Source: an uncultured Acidimicrobiaceae bacterium (lineage in GTDB: Bacteria > Actinomycetota > Acidimicrobiia > Acidimicrobiales > CAYSAC01). From it: a stretch of 44,552 nt of DNA. A model generated the notes under the pieces. That model was not told where the DNA came from, made no database searches, and worked only from the letters and a program-made list of their open reading frames with translations. Shown piece after piece: positions 1 to 8,254 of the stretch (position 1 is its first letter; each line of letters starts with the position of its first letter). Made by a program: the position numbers and the translations under genes. Location of the stretch: assembly GCA_964428815.1 (NCBI GenBank), contig CAYSAC010000003.1:1-44552 (forward strand), in the 5' to 3' direction.

Positions 1-1167
1 ACCGCGGGCGTCGGCCTCGGGGACCGCGCTGCTCGCGCCGGGCTGCCCGCGCCGATCGTTGCCGGTGTCCGGGCGGCGGCGCTTCGGACTGGGGGGCGCA
101 CCGTCGTGCTCACCGTCCTCGTCGCCTCGATCGGCGTGGTCGGCGGCGCGTCCTTCGCTGCCAGCGAGGCGAAGCTCGCCAGCGACCCCGACCTGTGGGG
201 GTGGCAATGGGACTTCGTCGTGGGGGACGGCAACGACCCGACGATCGTGGATCGAGGCCCGGCCTTGTTCGCGGACGACCCCGACATCCAGTCCGTCGCG
301 GTCGTGTTCGACCTCGACGGGGTGCAGATCGCCGCGGGCGACCGAACCGTCGACAGCGAGGGCTCGGCCTACGAGATGCTGCAGGGCGCGATCGCACCGC
401 GGCTGATCCACGGTGCTGCGCCGGCGGCGGATGACGAGATCGCGCTCGGTGGGGCGACTGCCTCCAAGCTCGGCGTCGGCGTTGGTGACGAGGTCGCCGT
501 CGTCCTCGCCGGCGAGCCGGCCACGTTCCGCGTCAGCGGGATCGCCGTGCTCAACCTCGGCTTCGACTCGGATCGCATCGGGGAGGGGAGCTTGCTCACG
601 CCCGATGGGATCGAGCGTGCCGGTGGCGAGCTCAGCGCGACGGGGTTCCTCGTCGACTACCGTCCTGACGCCGATCTTGCGCAGGCCTACGTCGATCTGC
701 GCGAGGACTGGGGCAACACCGTGCTGCGGCCCGTGGCCCCGGTCGACGTCGACCAGCTCGATCGGGTCCGACACCTGCCGACCGCGTTCAGCCTGCTGAT
801 GAGCGCGATCGCTGCGGTGACGCTCGCGTTCGTGCTGGGCCGTACCGTGCGCACCGGCCGCCGTGACCTCGCACTGCTGCGCACCCTTGGCTTCGACGCC
901 CGGCAGCTCCGAACGACGGTGGCCGCGCAGGCCACGACCCTCGTGCTCCCTGCTGCGATCGTCGGCGCGGTCGGTGGCCTCGTGGCCCGCCGGCTGGCTT
1001 GGGCGCAGGTCGCGAAGGGCCTTGGCGCGCCGTCGGTGCCTGTGCTGTCGACTGCAGCGGTGCTTCTCGTGATTGGTGGAGCGCTCGTGCTCGGGAACCT
1101 CATCGCCGCGGTGCCGGGACGGCTCGCGGCGCGCACCCATCCCGCCGTCGCGTTGAGGTCCGAGTGA
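1..1167 (+). CDS. ABC transporter permease, FtsX/MacB-like, C-terminal part (5' end lies outside the window)
   Basis: Frame 1 is open from base 1, so the listed Met at 106 is internal. It has a TM helix followed by DLWGWQWD, which matches YGWGWD, YGWNW and YGWNHD in the next three genes. It also has the RRDLALLRTLGF loop and the C-terminal ALRSE typical of FtsX-family permeases. Confidence 0.8.
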   Translation, partial: TAGVGLGDRAARAGLPAPIVAGVRAAALRTGGRTVVLTVLVASIGVVGGASFAASEAKLASDPDLWGWQWDFVVGDGNDPTIVDRGPALFADDPDIQSVAVVFDLDGVQIAAGDRTVDSEGSAYEMLQGAIAPRLIHGAAPAADDEIALGGATASKLGVGVGDEVAVVLAGEPATFRVSGIAVLNLGFDSDRIGEGSLLTPDGIERAGGELSATGFLVDYRPDADLAQAYVDLREDWGNTVLRPVAPVDVDQLDRVRHLPTAFSLLMSAIAAVTLAFVLGRTVRTGRRDLALLRTLGFDARQLRTTVAAQATTLVLPAAIVGAVGGLVARRLAWAQVAKGLGAPSVPVLSTAAVLLVIGGALVLGNLIAAVPGRLAARTHPAVALRSE

Positions 1168-3551
1168 TCGCCTACCTCGCTCGCATCGAGCTCCGTCGAC
1201 GCTGGCGCAGCGTCGTGCTGCTGGGGCTGCTCGTGGCGCTCGTCGTCGGCACGGTGCTGACGTCCGTCGCGGGCGCTCGCCGATCGCGCTCCGCGTTCGA
1301 CCGCTACCTCGACGGCAGCAGCCCGATTGACGTCGGCGTCTTTGCAAGCGACGCGGGTGCGCTGGATGCAGTCGGCGCGCTCCCGGAGGTGAAGGACTCA
1401 GCGCGCATCGAGCTCGCTGCGATCTTCCCGACGGAGATCTCGACCGAGGAGTTCTTCCCGATGCTCATCTCGATCGACGGGTTGCTCCCCTACAAGTACA
1501 TGCGCCCCATCGTCCTGGAAGGAAGGGTGCCGGATCCCGACGAGCCGCTGGCAGTCGCGCTTGGCGAGCGCACCGCTCGGCGGCTCGGCAAGCAGGTCGG
1601 GGACCAGATCCCCATGGCCGGGTTCACGGCCGAGGGCGTGCGCTCCAGCTTTGACGACAGCGGCGACACAGCGCCCCCGGACGGGCCGACGTTCGCCCTC
1701 GACGTTGTCGGCATCGTGCGCGACGCGGGCGATATCACGGGCCGGGAGACCGACGTTGCGATGACGATGCTCACGCCGGCCTTCCGCGATCGATACAGCG
1801 CAGTGGAGATCGGCGACTTCGGGTTGGGAGCGCTGATCGTCCTCGCCGACGGCATCACGACGAGCGAGCTCACCGAGGCGACCGCCGACCTCGACGTCCA
1901 GATCGACCCCACCATCACACCGGAGGCATCACGCGGGCAGGCCGACCCCACGATGGCGGCGATCGCAACCGCGCTCTACGTGTTCGCCGGCGTTGTCGCC
2001 CTCGCCGGCGTCGTCGCGATCGCCCAGGCGGTCAACCGGAACGCGCAAGCAGCGCTTGTGGACGACCGCACCCTCGCAGCTCTTGGGGTCCAGCGAGCCG
2101 GCCGCTGGGGTCGCATCGCCGCGCCGCCCGCGGTTGCCGTCGTGGCCGGGACTGCGATCGGGGTGATGGCAGCGGTCGCCGCGTCGCCGCTCATGCCGGT
2201 CGGCCTGGCTCGCCGGGCGGAACCCGATACCGGCATCGACGTTGACGGCGTGGTGCTCGGCGCTGGCGCTCTCGTCGCGCTTCTCATCGGTCTCGGCGTC
2301 GCGGTGATGGCGGCAGCGCTCGCGGCTCGTGGGCAGCGCACGGTTCGAGGCGTCGACCGCCCCAGCCGGCTGGCGGGCGCTGCCGCCGAATCGGGCGCGC
2401 CTCCTTCGGTCGTGACTGGGCTCAGCCTCGCGGTGTCGCGTCGATCCTCGAACGCGGCAGCGTCGAGGGCGGCGGTCGGCGGTGCCGCCATCGGGGTGCT
2501 CGGTCTGGTCGCTGCGATCATCTTCGCGACGAGCGTCGACCGGCTCGTGGAGAGCCCACGCCTCTACGGCTGGGGGTGGGATGCCAACATCGCTGGGGCG
2601 GACACCAGCCACGTGCCTGAGGGTGCCACCGACGAGCGCTCGCTCGTCATGGACCCGGACATCGAGGCGGTGGCGGAGGCGATCTTCTCCTTGGAGATCA
2701 GCCTGGACGGCGCACCTGAGTTCGCGACCGCGCTCGACGACCGGAAGGGCCACATCGGTCCGATCATGATCAGCGGGCGCGAGCCGAGCGGGACCGGCGA
2801 GGTCGCGCTCGCCGCGGAGACGCTCTCCGAATCCGGGAAGCAGATCGGCGACTCGGTGACCATCGACCTTGGTCAGGGACCTGCGGATCTAAGGATCACC
2901 GGCGTCACCGCGTTGCCCGTGTCGGGCGACGGGGGCTCGAGCACCCGTGGCGCACTGATGCGCGGTGAGGCGGTCGACGCACTCGGCTTCTCGGGGTGCG
3001 ACAGCGACGTGAGCTGCTACCGGAACGTCGCCGTCGAGGTGCGAGGCGACGCCGATCTGGACCAGGTGCTGGAGCGCTACTCCGACCCGGCAAACGGCGT
3101 CGACGTGGACAGACCGGCGCCCCCGGGAGAGGTCGAGCGGCTCATCGCCGTCGAGCGGCTGCCGTGGTTCCTCGCCGGGTTCCTCGCGCTTCTCGCAGGA
3201 GTAGCGGTCGCCCACGGTGCGACGACGACCGTAAGGCGGCGGCGCCGAGATCTTGCGATCCTGCGGGTCCTCGGCCTGACCGGCGGGCAGGTCCGCACCG
3301 TGGTCACCACGCAGACAGCGGTCGTCTCCGTCGCCGGAGCGTTCATCGGCGCCGCGCTCGGCGTCGTCGTCGGTCGCCAGGTCTGGCGGACGGTGGTTGA
3401 CAGCGTGCCGCTGCCGTTCTCTCCCGCCGCGCCGATCGTTGCTGTCGTCGGCATCGTCGTCGCAACCCTGTTGCTCGCGCAGCTCGCAGCGGCGATGCCG
3501 CGACGCGCCGCTGGACGGCTCCGCCCTGCGGCCGTGCTGAGGGCTGAGTAG
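1164..3551 (+). CDS. ABC transporter permease with two FtsX modules (MacB-like extracytoplasmic domains)
   Basis: GTG at 1164 overlaps the upstream TGA (GTGA). The track ORF starting at 999 adds an Arg/Gly-rich stretch that does not look like protein. The N-terminus is IAYLARIELRRRWRS, then a TM helix, then RRSRSAFDRYLD. Mid-protein motif ASPLMPVGLARRAEPD. The second module has YGWGWD and RRRDLAILRVLGL. The protein ends in LRAE. Confidence 0.85.
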   Translation: MIAYLARIELRRRWRSVVLLGLLVALVVGTVLTSVAGARRSRSAFDRYLDGSSPIDVGVFASDAGALDAVGALPEVKDSARIELAAIFPTEISTEEFFPMLISIDGLLPYKYMRPIVLEGRVPDPDEPLAVALGERTARRLGKQVGDQIPMAGFTAEGVRSSFDDSGDTAPPDGPTFALDVVGIVRDAGDITGRETDVAMTMLTPAFRDRYSAVEIGDFGLGALIVLADGITTSELTEATADLDVQIDPTITPEASRGQADPTMAAIATALYVFAGVVALAGVVAIAQAVNRNAQAALVDDRTLAALGVQRAGRWGRIAAPPAVAVVAGTAIGVMAAVAASPLMPVGLARRAEPDTGIDVDGVVLGAGALVALLIGLGVAVMAAALAARGQRTVRGVDRPSRLAGAAAESGAPPSVVTGLSLAVSRRSSNAAASRAAVGGAAIGVLGLVAAIIFATSVDRLVESPRLYGWGWDANIAGADTSHVPEGATDERSLVMDPDIEAVAEAIFSLEISLDGAPEFATALDDRKGHIGPIMISGREPSGTGEVALAAETLSESGKQIGDSVTIDLGQGPADLRITGVTALPVSGDGGSSTRGALMRGEAVDALGFSGCDSDVSCYRNVAVEVRGDADLDQVLERYSDPANGVDVDRPAPPGEVERLIAVERLPWFLAGFLALLAGVAVAHGATTTVRRRRRDLAILRVLGLTGGQVRTVVTTQTAVVSVAGAFIGAALGVVVGRQVWRTVVDSVPLPFSPAAPIVAVVGIVVATLLLAQLAAAMPRRAAGRLRPAAVLRAE

Positions 3552-5918
3552 GTGGCGGCCGCGTGGGCATGGGCCCGAACCGAGCTGCGCACGCGCGGGC
3601 GCGCCACGGTCGTCCTGGTGCTGCTCGTCGGAGTGAGCCTGGGGGCCGTCCTCACCGCGGCGGCCGGCGCGCGGCGAACCGACACCGCGTTCGACCGGTT
3701 CCTCGACGCGAGCGCGGCGGCCGACCTACGTGTTCAGTACAGCTCTGACGACGACATCGACGAGGAGGTGCTGCGACGACTGCACAGCGATCCCCGCGTC
3801 GAGGCGGCGCTCCCGATCTTCTTCACCGTCGGATTCACCGAGGAAAGCGAGTACGACATCGGCGTCGTCCACAGCCCGGACCCCGCGTTCCTTCGCGACA
3901 TCGACCGGCTGCGGCTCAGCGACGGGCGCATCCCCGCTCGCGATGCCGCCGATGAGATCGTCGCCGGCGAGTTTCTCGCCAAGGGAATGAGCCTTGAGCT
4001 CGGCGACCGCATGAGCCTGATCACCTTCTCCCAGGTTCAGCTCGACACCGAGGCGTTCGACCAGGAACCGGCCGGACCCGTGCTCGACCTCGAGGTCGTC
4101 GGGATCGGCCGCTCGCCCGACGACCTCGCCTCGGAGGACAACTCGATCCTCTACGCCGGGCCTGCCTACTACGAGCAGAACGCGGGCAAGGCAGGCGGCT
4201 TTGGTCCGTCGTTGGAGATCCGGCTGAGCGACGGAGCCGACGGTGAGGCGGTCGTCGACGACGCCCTCGATGGGTTCACGTTCGCTGAGGCGGTCGAGAT
4301 CGAGGGAACTGAGACGCGCACCGCACGGGTCCAGGATGCGACCCGGGTGCTTGCCATCGGACTGCTGCTCTTCGCCGCCTGCGCCGGCCTCGCCGCGCTC
4401 GTCGCGTGCGGGCAGGCCGTCAGCCGGCGACTGACCGCCGTCGCCGTCGACGACCTGGCGCTGCAGGCCATGGGCTTCACGCGGAGCCAGCGCTTCGCGG
4501 GAGCGCTCCTGACAGCCGCGCCCGTCGCGGTCGCCGGTGGCACGCTCGGCGTCGCCGTTGCTGTCGCGGCCTCGCCGTTGATGCCCATCGGCATCGCCCG
4601 TCGCGCAGAGCCCTCGCCCGGCGTCGACGTCGACCTTTCGGTGCTCGCCCTTGGCGCCGTCGGGGCCGTGGTGCTCCTCCTCGCGATGTCGGCGGTGAGC
4701 GCGTGGCGCTTGACCGGCGGCCGGGTTGGTGCCGCGGCGACGGCCGCCCAGGCCACGCGCGCGCGCCGATCCGCTGGAGCTGCTGCAGCCTCCAGCGCGG
4801 GCTGGTCGCCCTCGGCCGTCCTCGGCATCACGATGGCGCTCGAGCCCGGTCGAGGGCGGACTGCGGTGCCGGTCCGACCCGCGCTCGTGGGAGCGGTCGC
4901 GGGGATCGCTGGCGTCGTCGCTGCGCTCACGTTCGGGTCGAGCCTCGACAGGCTGGTCACGACACCAGCGGACTACGGCTGGAACTGGTCGATCAGCCCT
5001 GACCTGTTCGAGGGCGAGGCCGAGATCGTCGCCGGCCTCCCCGAGGTCACCGACGTCGGGACGTTGCTCTTCCGCCAGACGGAGGTCGAGGGCCGGCAGG
5101 TGCAGGGCATCGCGGTGCAGACGGTCGAGGGCTCGCCGTCGCTGACGGTGCTCCGTGGGCGGATGCCGTCGAACGAGGCCGAGATCGCGCTCGGGCCGAA
5201 GACCGCCGACGATCTCGGCAAGAGCATCGGCGACGACGTGATGGTGCGCGCCGATGACGGCGACCTTGAGGTGACGGTCGTCGGCGAGGTGCTCTTCCCG
5301 GTGCTCAACGAAAACCCGTTCAACGACGGGCTCGCGTTCCACGCCGACCTCGCGGGGGAAATCGAGCAGTCGGATGGATTCGGAGCGGCGATGGTCGGCT
5401 TCGCCCCTGGCGTGACCGACGAGAACGGCATCGCCGCCGTGCGCGCCGCTCTGCCGGAGTCGCTGAGCGTGTACGCGTACCCCGAGCCCCCTGGCGACGT
5501 CGCGAACCTCGCGCAGGTCCGCAGCATGCCCTTCGCGCTGGCTGCGTTCCTGGTCGTCGTCGCGCTTGCCGCGGTCGGCCATGCGCTTGTCACATCCGTG
5601 CGCCGTCGGCGCCGTGACATCGGCATCGTGCGCTCGCTCGGCTTCTTCCGCAGAGAGGTGCTCTCGAGCGTCGCGGTGCAGTCGGCGACCTTGATCACGG
5701 TCGGGCTGGTCACGGGGATTCCGCTTGGCGTCGCGCTTGGCCGGTCCGCGTGGTCGCTCGTGGCCGACGGCCTCGGCGTGGCATCGTCGCCGACCATCCC
5801 CGCGCTGGCGCTCGTGGTCCTCGTCCCGGCCGCCTTGATCGCGGCCACGGGGATCGCGATGTTGCCGGCGCTCGCAGCCGCACGCGTCCGTGCCGCTGAA
5901 GCGTTGAGGGCCGAGTGA
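3552..5918 (+). CDS. ABC transporter permease with two FtsX modules (paralog)
   Basis: GTG at 3552 directly abuts the upstream TAG (3549-3551). It shares these motifs with its neighbours: RRTDTAFDRFLD, ASPLMPIGIARRAEPS, YGWNW, RRRDIGIVRSLGF and a C-terminal LRAE. Confidence 0.85.
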   Translation: MAAAWAWARTELRTRGRATVVLVLLVGVSLGAVLTAAAGARRTDTAFDRFLDASAAADLRVQYSSDDDIDEEVLRRLHSDPRVEAALPIFFTVGFTEESEYDIGVVHSPDPAFLRDIDRLRLSDGRIPARDAADEIVAGEFLAKGMSLELGDRMSLITFSQVQLDTEAFDQEPAGPVLDLEVVGIGRSPDDLASEDNSILYAGPAYYEQNAGKAGGFGPSLEIRLSDGADGEAVVDDALDGFTFAEAVEIEGTETRTARVQDATRVLAIGLLLFAACAGLAALVACGQAVSRRLTAVAVDDLALQAMGFTRSQRFAGALLTAAPVAVAGGTLGVAVAVAASPLMPIGIARRAEPSPGVDVDLSVLALGAVGAVVLLLAMSAVSAWRLTGGRVGAAATAAQATRARRSAGAAAASSAGWSPSAVLGITMALEPGRGRTAVPVRPALVGAVAGIAGVVAALTFGSSLDRLVTTPADYGWNWSISPDLFEGEAEIVAGLPEVTDVGTLLFRQTEVEGRQVQGIAVQTVEGSPSLTVLRGRMPSNEAEIALGPKTADDLGKSIGDDVMVRADDGDLEVTVVGEVLFPVLNENPFNDGLAFHADLAGEIEQSDGFGAAMVGFAPGVTDENGIAAVRAALPESLSVYAYPEPPGDVANLAQVRSMPFALAAFLVVVALAAVGHALVTSVRRRRRDIGIVRSLGFFRREVLSSVAVQSATLITVGLVTGIPLGVALGRSAWSLVADGLGVASSPTIPALALVVLVPAALIAATGIAMLPALAAARVRAAEALRAE

Positions 5919-8254
5919 TGGGTGCCGTCCTGATGATCGCCCGAGCCGAGGTGCGCCGACGGTGGCGGGCGCTGCTCGCGCTCGGGCTGCTCGCCGCGCT
6001 CGTGGGTGCGGTCGTGCTCGGCGCTCTCGTCGGCGCGCGACGGACCGGCACCGCGTTCGACCGGCTCATCGCGCGAACCGGCTACTGGGACGTCGAGGTC
6101 GAGATCTATGACCCGGCGGTCGCCAACGACATCGCCGCGCTCCCGCAGGTCGAGACGAGCTGGCTGCTCGACGTCGACATCGGAGAGCTGCTCGGCGTGG
6201 ACGAGGTCGTCTATATGGGGTTCACGTCGGGGTCCGAGCGCTCGCCCGAGCACTACCGGCCGCTCGTGGTCGAAGGCCGGATGTTCGACGCCGGGGCGGA
6301 GGACGAGATCGTGGTGTCGGAGTACGCGGCACGCGTCTTCCACTGGGAGATCGGCCGTCGCCTCGACTTCGCCGGCCTGTCCCGCGAGCAGTTCGCAGGG
6401 TTCCAAACGGGCGAGGTGCCTGGCCCGCCGGAGGGTGCCCGCACCGAGCTGACGATCACCGGCTACATCCGGGACCCGAACGACGCGCTGCCGTTCGAGC
6501 TGCCGCGAATCATGGCGACGCCCGCCTACCACCGCGACGTAGCGCCTGACGTCGGCGGCCTCGGGCTGCTGACCGTCCGCCTCGAGCGCGGCGCCGCTGA
6601 CCTCGGCGCGTTCCGCGCTGACCTTGCTTCGATGGTCGGTGAGGACCAGGCGAAGCTCAGTCCGATCTCTGTCCACGACTTGCGCGGAGGCGTCGACAAG
6701 GCGGCCAGCGTCGCGGTGCGAGCGCTCCTCGCGTTCGCAGCGGTGGCCGCGCTGGCCGGTCTCGTCGCTCTGGCGCAGGCGCTCAGCCGCAGCCTGCTGC
6801 TCCGGGGTGCGGAGCTGGAGGTGCACCGAGCCGTCGGGCTCGGTCAGCGCGACCGCGTCATCGTCCTCGTTCTCCCTCTGGCGCTCGTCGTGAGCATCGC
6901 TGCAGTCGGAAGCGTCCTCGGGGCGTTCGCGGCGTCCCCCCTGACACCGGTTGGCGTTGGCCGGTCGATCGAGCCCGACGGTGGCTTCGACTTCAACGTG
7001 GCTCTGCTCGCGATGGGCGGTGCCGCGGTCGCGGTGTGCACCTTCGCGCTGTGCGTGGGCGTCGCCATCAAGCAGCTTCGCCTCAGCGTGGGGCGGGTCG
7101 GAGCCCCGGCGCGCGCCTCCGGTCTGGTCCGCCAGGCGGTCGCATCGGGCGCGCCGATGCCCCTCGTGATGGGCACGCGCTTCGCGATGGACCCGGGGCG
7201 GGGCCGAGCCGCCCTGCCGACGCGGTCCGCCTTGATCGGCGCCGTCGTCGGCGTCTCGGGTGTGGTCGCCGCTGCGGCTGTGCTGGCCAGCCTCGACCGC
7301 GTCAGCGCCTCGCCCGCCCGCTACGGCTGGAACCACGACGCGACCGTCTCCGACGTGGACGAGGAGGCGCTTGCGGCGCTGGTCGAGAACGACGACTTCG
7401 CGGCGGTCACGGCCGTGCAGCACGGCGAGATCGCTGTCGCCGGTGCCGCCGTCGACGCGATCGTCCGCGAGTCGCACAAGGGTCGCATCGACGAGACCGT
7501 CCTCGCGGGCCGCATGCCATCCGGCGTTGGGGAGGTCGCGCTCGGCCCCGTGCTCGTCGACGAGCTCGGAGCCGGCGAAGGCGACACGATCGAGGCCCTT
7601 GGCGCTGACGGTGAGCAGCAGCCGCTGCGTGTCGTCGGGATCGTGCTCACCGAGGGACCGGCGCTGTACGCGAGCCGCGCGGTTCTCGACGCGGACGCCG
7701 GGGAGCAGCTCGAGCTCGGTGGCGACGTGTTCGTCGAGGCCTACGTCGAGGTGGCGGCGGACGCGGACGACGGAGCAGTCATCGCCGAGCTAGCGGCCCG
7801 CAAGGAGATCTCCGTGCCGGAGCAGCCGGCCGAGCTGCTCAACCTCGAGCAGGCGCGCGGGCTCATCCGGCTCCTTGCTGCGTTCATGGGCCTGCTCGGC
7901 ATCGCCGCCGTCGGGCACGCTCTGCTGCTCACCACTCGCCGTCGGCGGCACGAGCTGGCTGTGCTGCGCGCCGTCGGGTTCACCGGCCGCCAGCTGGGGG
8001 TGAGCATCCGCTCGATGGCGGCCGTGCTGTTCGCGGTCGGGCTGCTGATCGGTGTCCCGGTGGGCGTCATCGCCGGCTCCGTCACATGGGCCGCGATGGC
8101 CGATGCCATCTATCTGCCCACGGAGGTGGCCGTGCCCGTCGCGTGGCTCGGCTTCCTCGTCGTCGCGGCGGTCGTCGCCAGCGGCGTCCTGTCCGCGCTC
8201 CCTGCTCGTAGCGCGGCGAAGATTGCACCCGCCACAACCCTGAGAACGGAGTGA
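5915..8254 (+). CDS. ABC transporter permease with two FtsX modules (paralog)
   Basis: GTG at 5915 overlaps the upstream TGA at 5916-5918; ATG at 5918 is an alternative start. Motifs: RRTGTAFDRLI, ASPLTPVGVGRSIEPD, YGWNHD, RRRHELAVLRAVGF and a C-terminal LRTE. Confidence 0.85.
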   Translation: MMGAVLMIARAEVRRRWRALLALGLLAALVGAVVLGALVGARRTGTAFDRLIARTGYWDVEVEIYDPAVANDIAALPQVETSWLLDVDIGELLGVDEVVYMGFTSGSERSPEHYRPLVVEGRMFDAGAEDEIVVSEYAARVFHWEIGRRLDFAGLSREQFAGFQTGEVPGPPEGARTELTITGYIRDPNDALPFELPRIMATPAYHRDVAPDVGGLGLLTVRLERGAADLGAFRADLASMVGEDQAKLSPISVHDLRGGVDKAASVAVRALLAFAAVAALAGLVALAQALSRSLLLRGAELEVHRAVGLGQRDRVIVLVLPLALVVSIAAVGSVLGAFAASPLTPVGVGRSIEPDGGFDFNVALLAMGGAAVAVCTFALCVGVAIKQLRLSVGRVGAPARASGLVRQAVASGAPMPLVMGTRFAMDPGRGRAALPTRSALIGAVVGVSGVVAAAAVLASLDRVSASPARYGWNHDATVSDVDEEALAALVENDDFAAVTAVQHGEIAVAGAAVDAIVRESHKGRIDETVLAGRMPSGVGEVALGPVLVDELGAGEGDTIEALGADGEQQPLRVVGIVLTEGPALYASRAVLDADAGEQLELGGDVFVEAYVEVAADADDGAVIAELAARKEISVPEQPAELLNLEQARGLIRLLAAFMGLLGIAAVGHALLLTTRRRRHELAVLRAVGFTGRQLGVSIRSMAAVLFAVGLLIGVPVGVIAGSVTWAAMADAIYLPTEVAVPVAWLGFLVVAAVVASGVLSALPARSAAKIAPATTLRTE

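Noticed and set aside
3726-7477. Very long antisense ORFs across the permease array (3726..5582, 618 aa; 4973..7477, 834 aa). Similar cases lie opposite other genes: 8832..9959, 12621..14027, 19290..21062, 23835..25199, 26747..27868, 28088..29080, 40458..41753.
   Set aside because: Their translations are dominated by Arg/Gly/Asp/His/Pro runs and contain no motifs. Each lies exactly opposite a well-supported gene. Long stop-free antisense frames are an expected by-product of about 70% GC with a GC3 bias.
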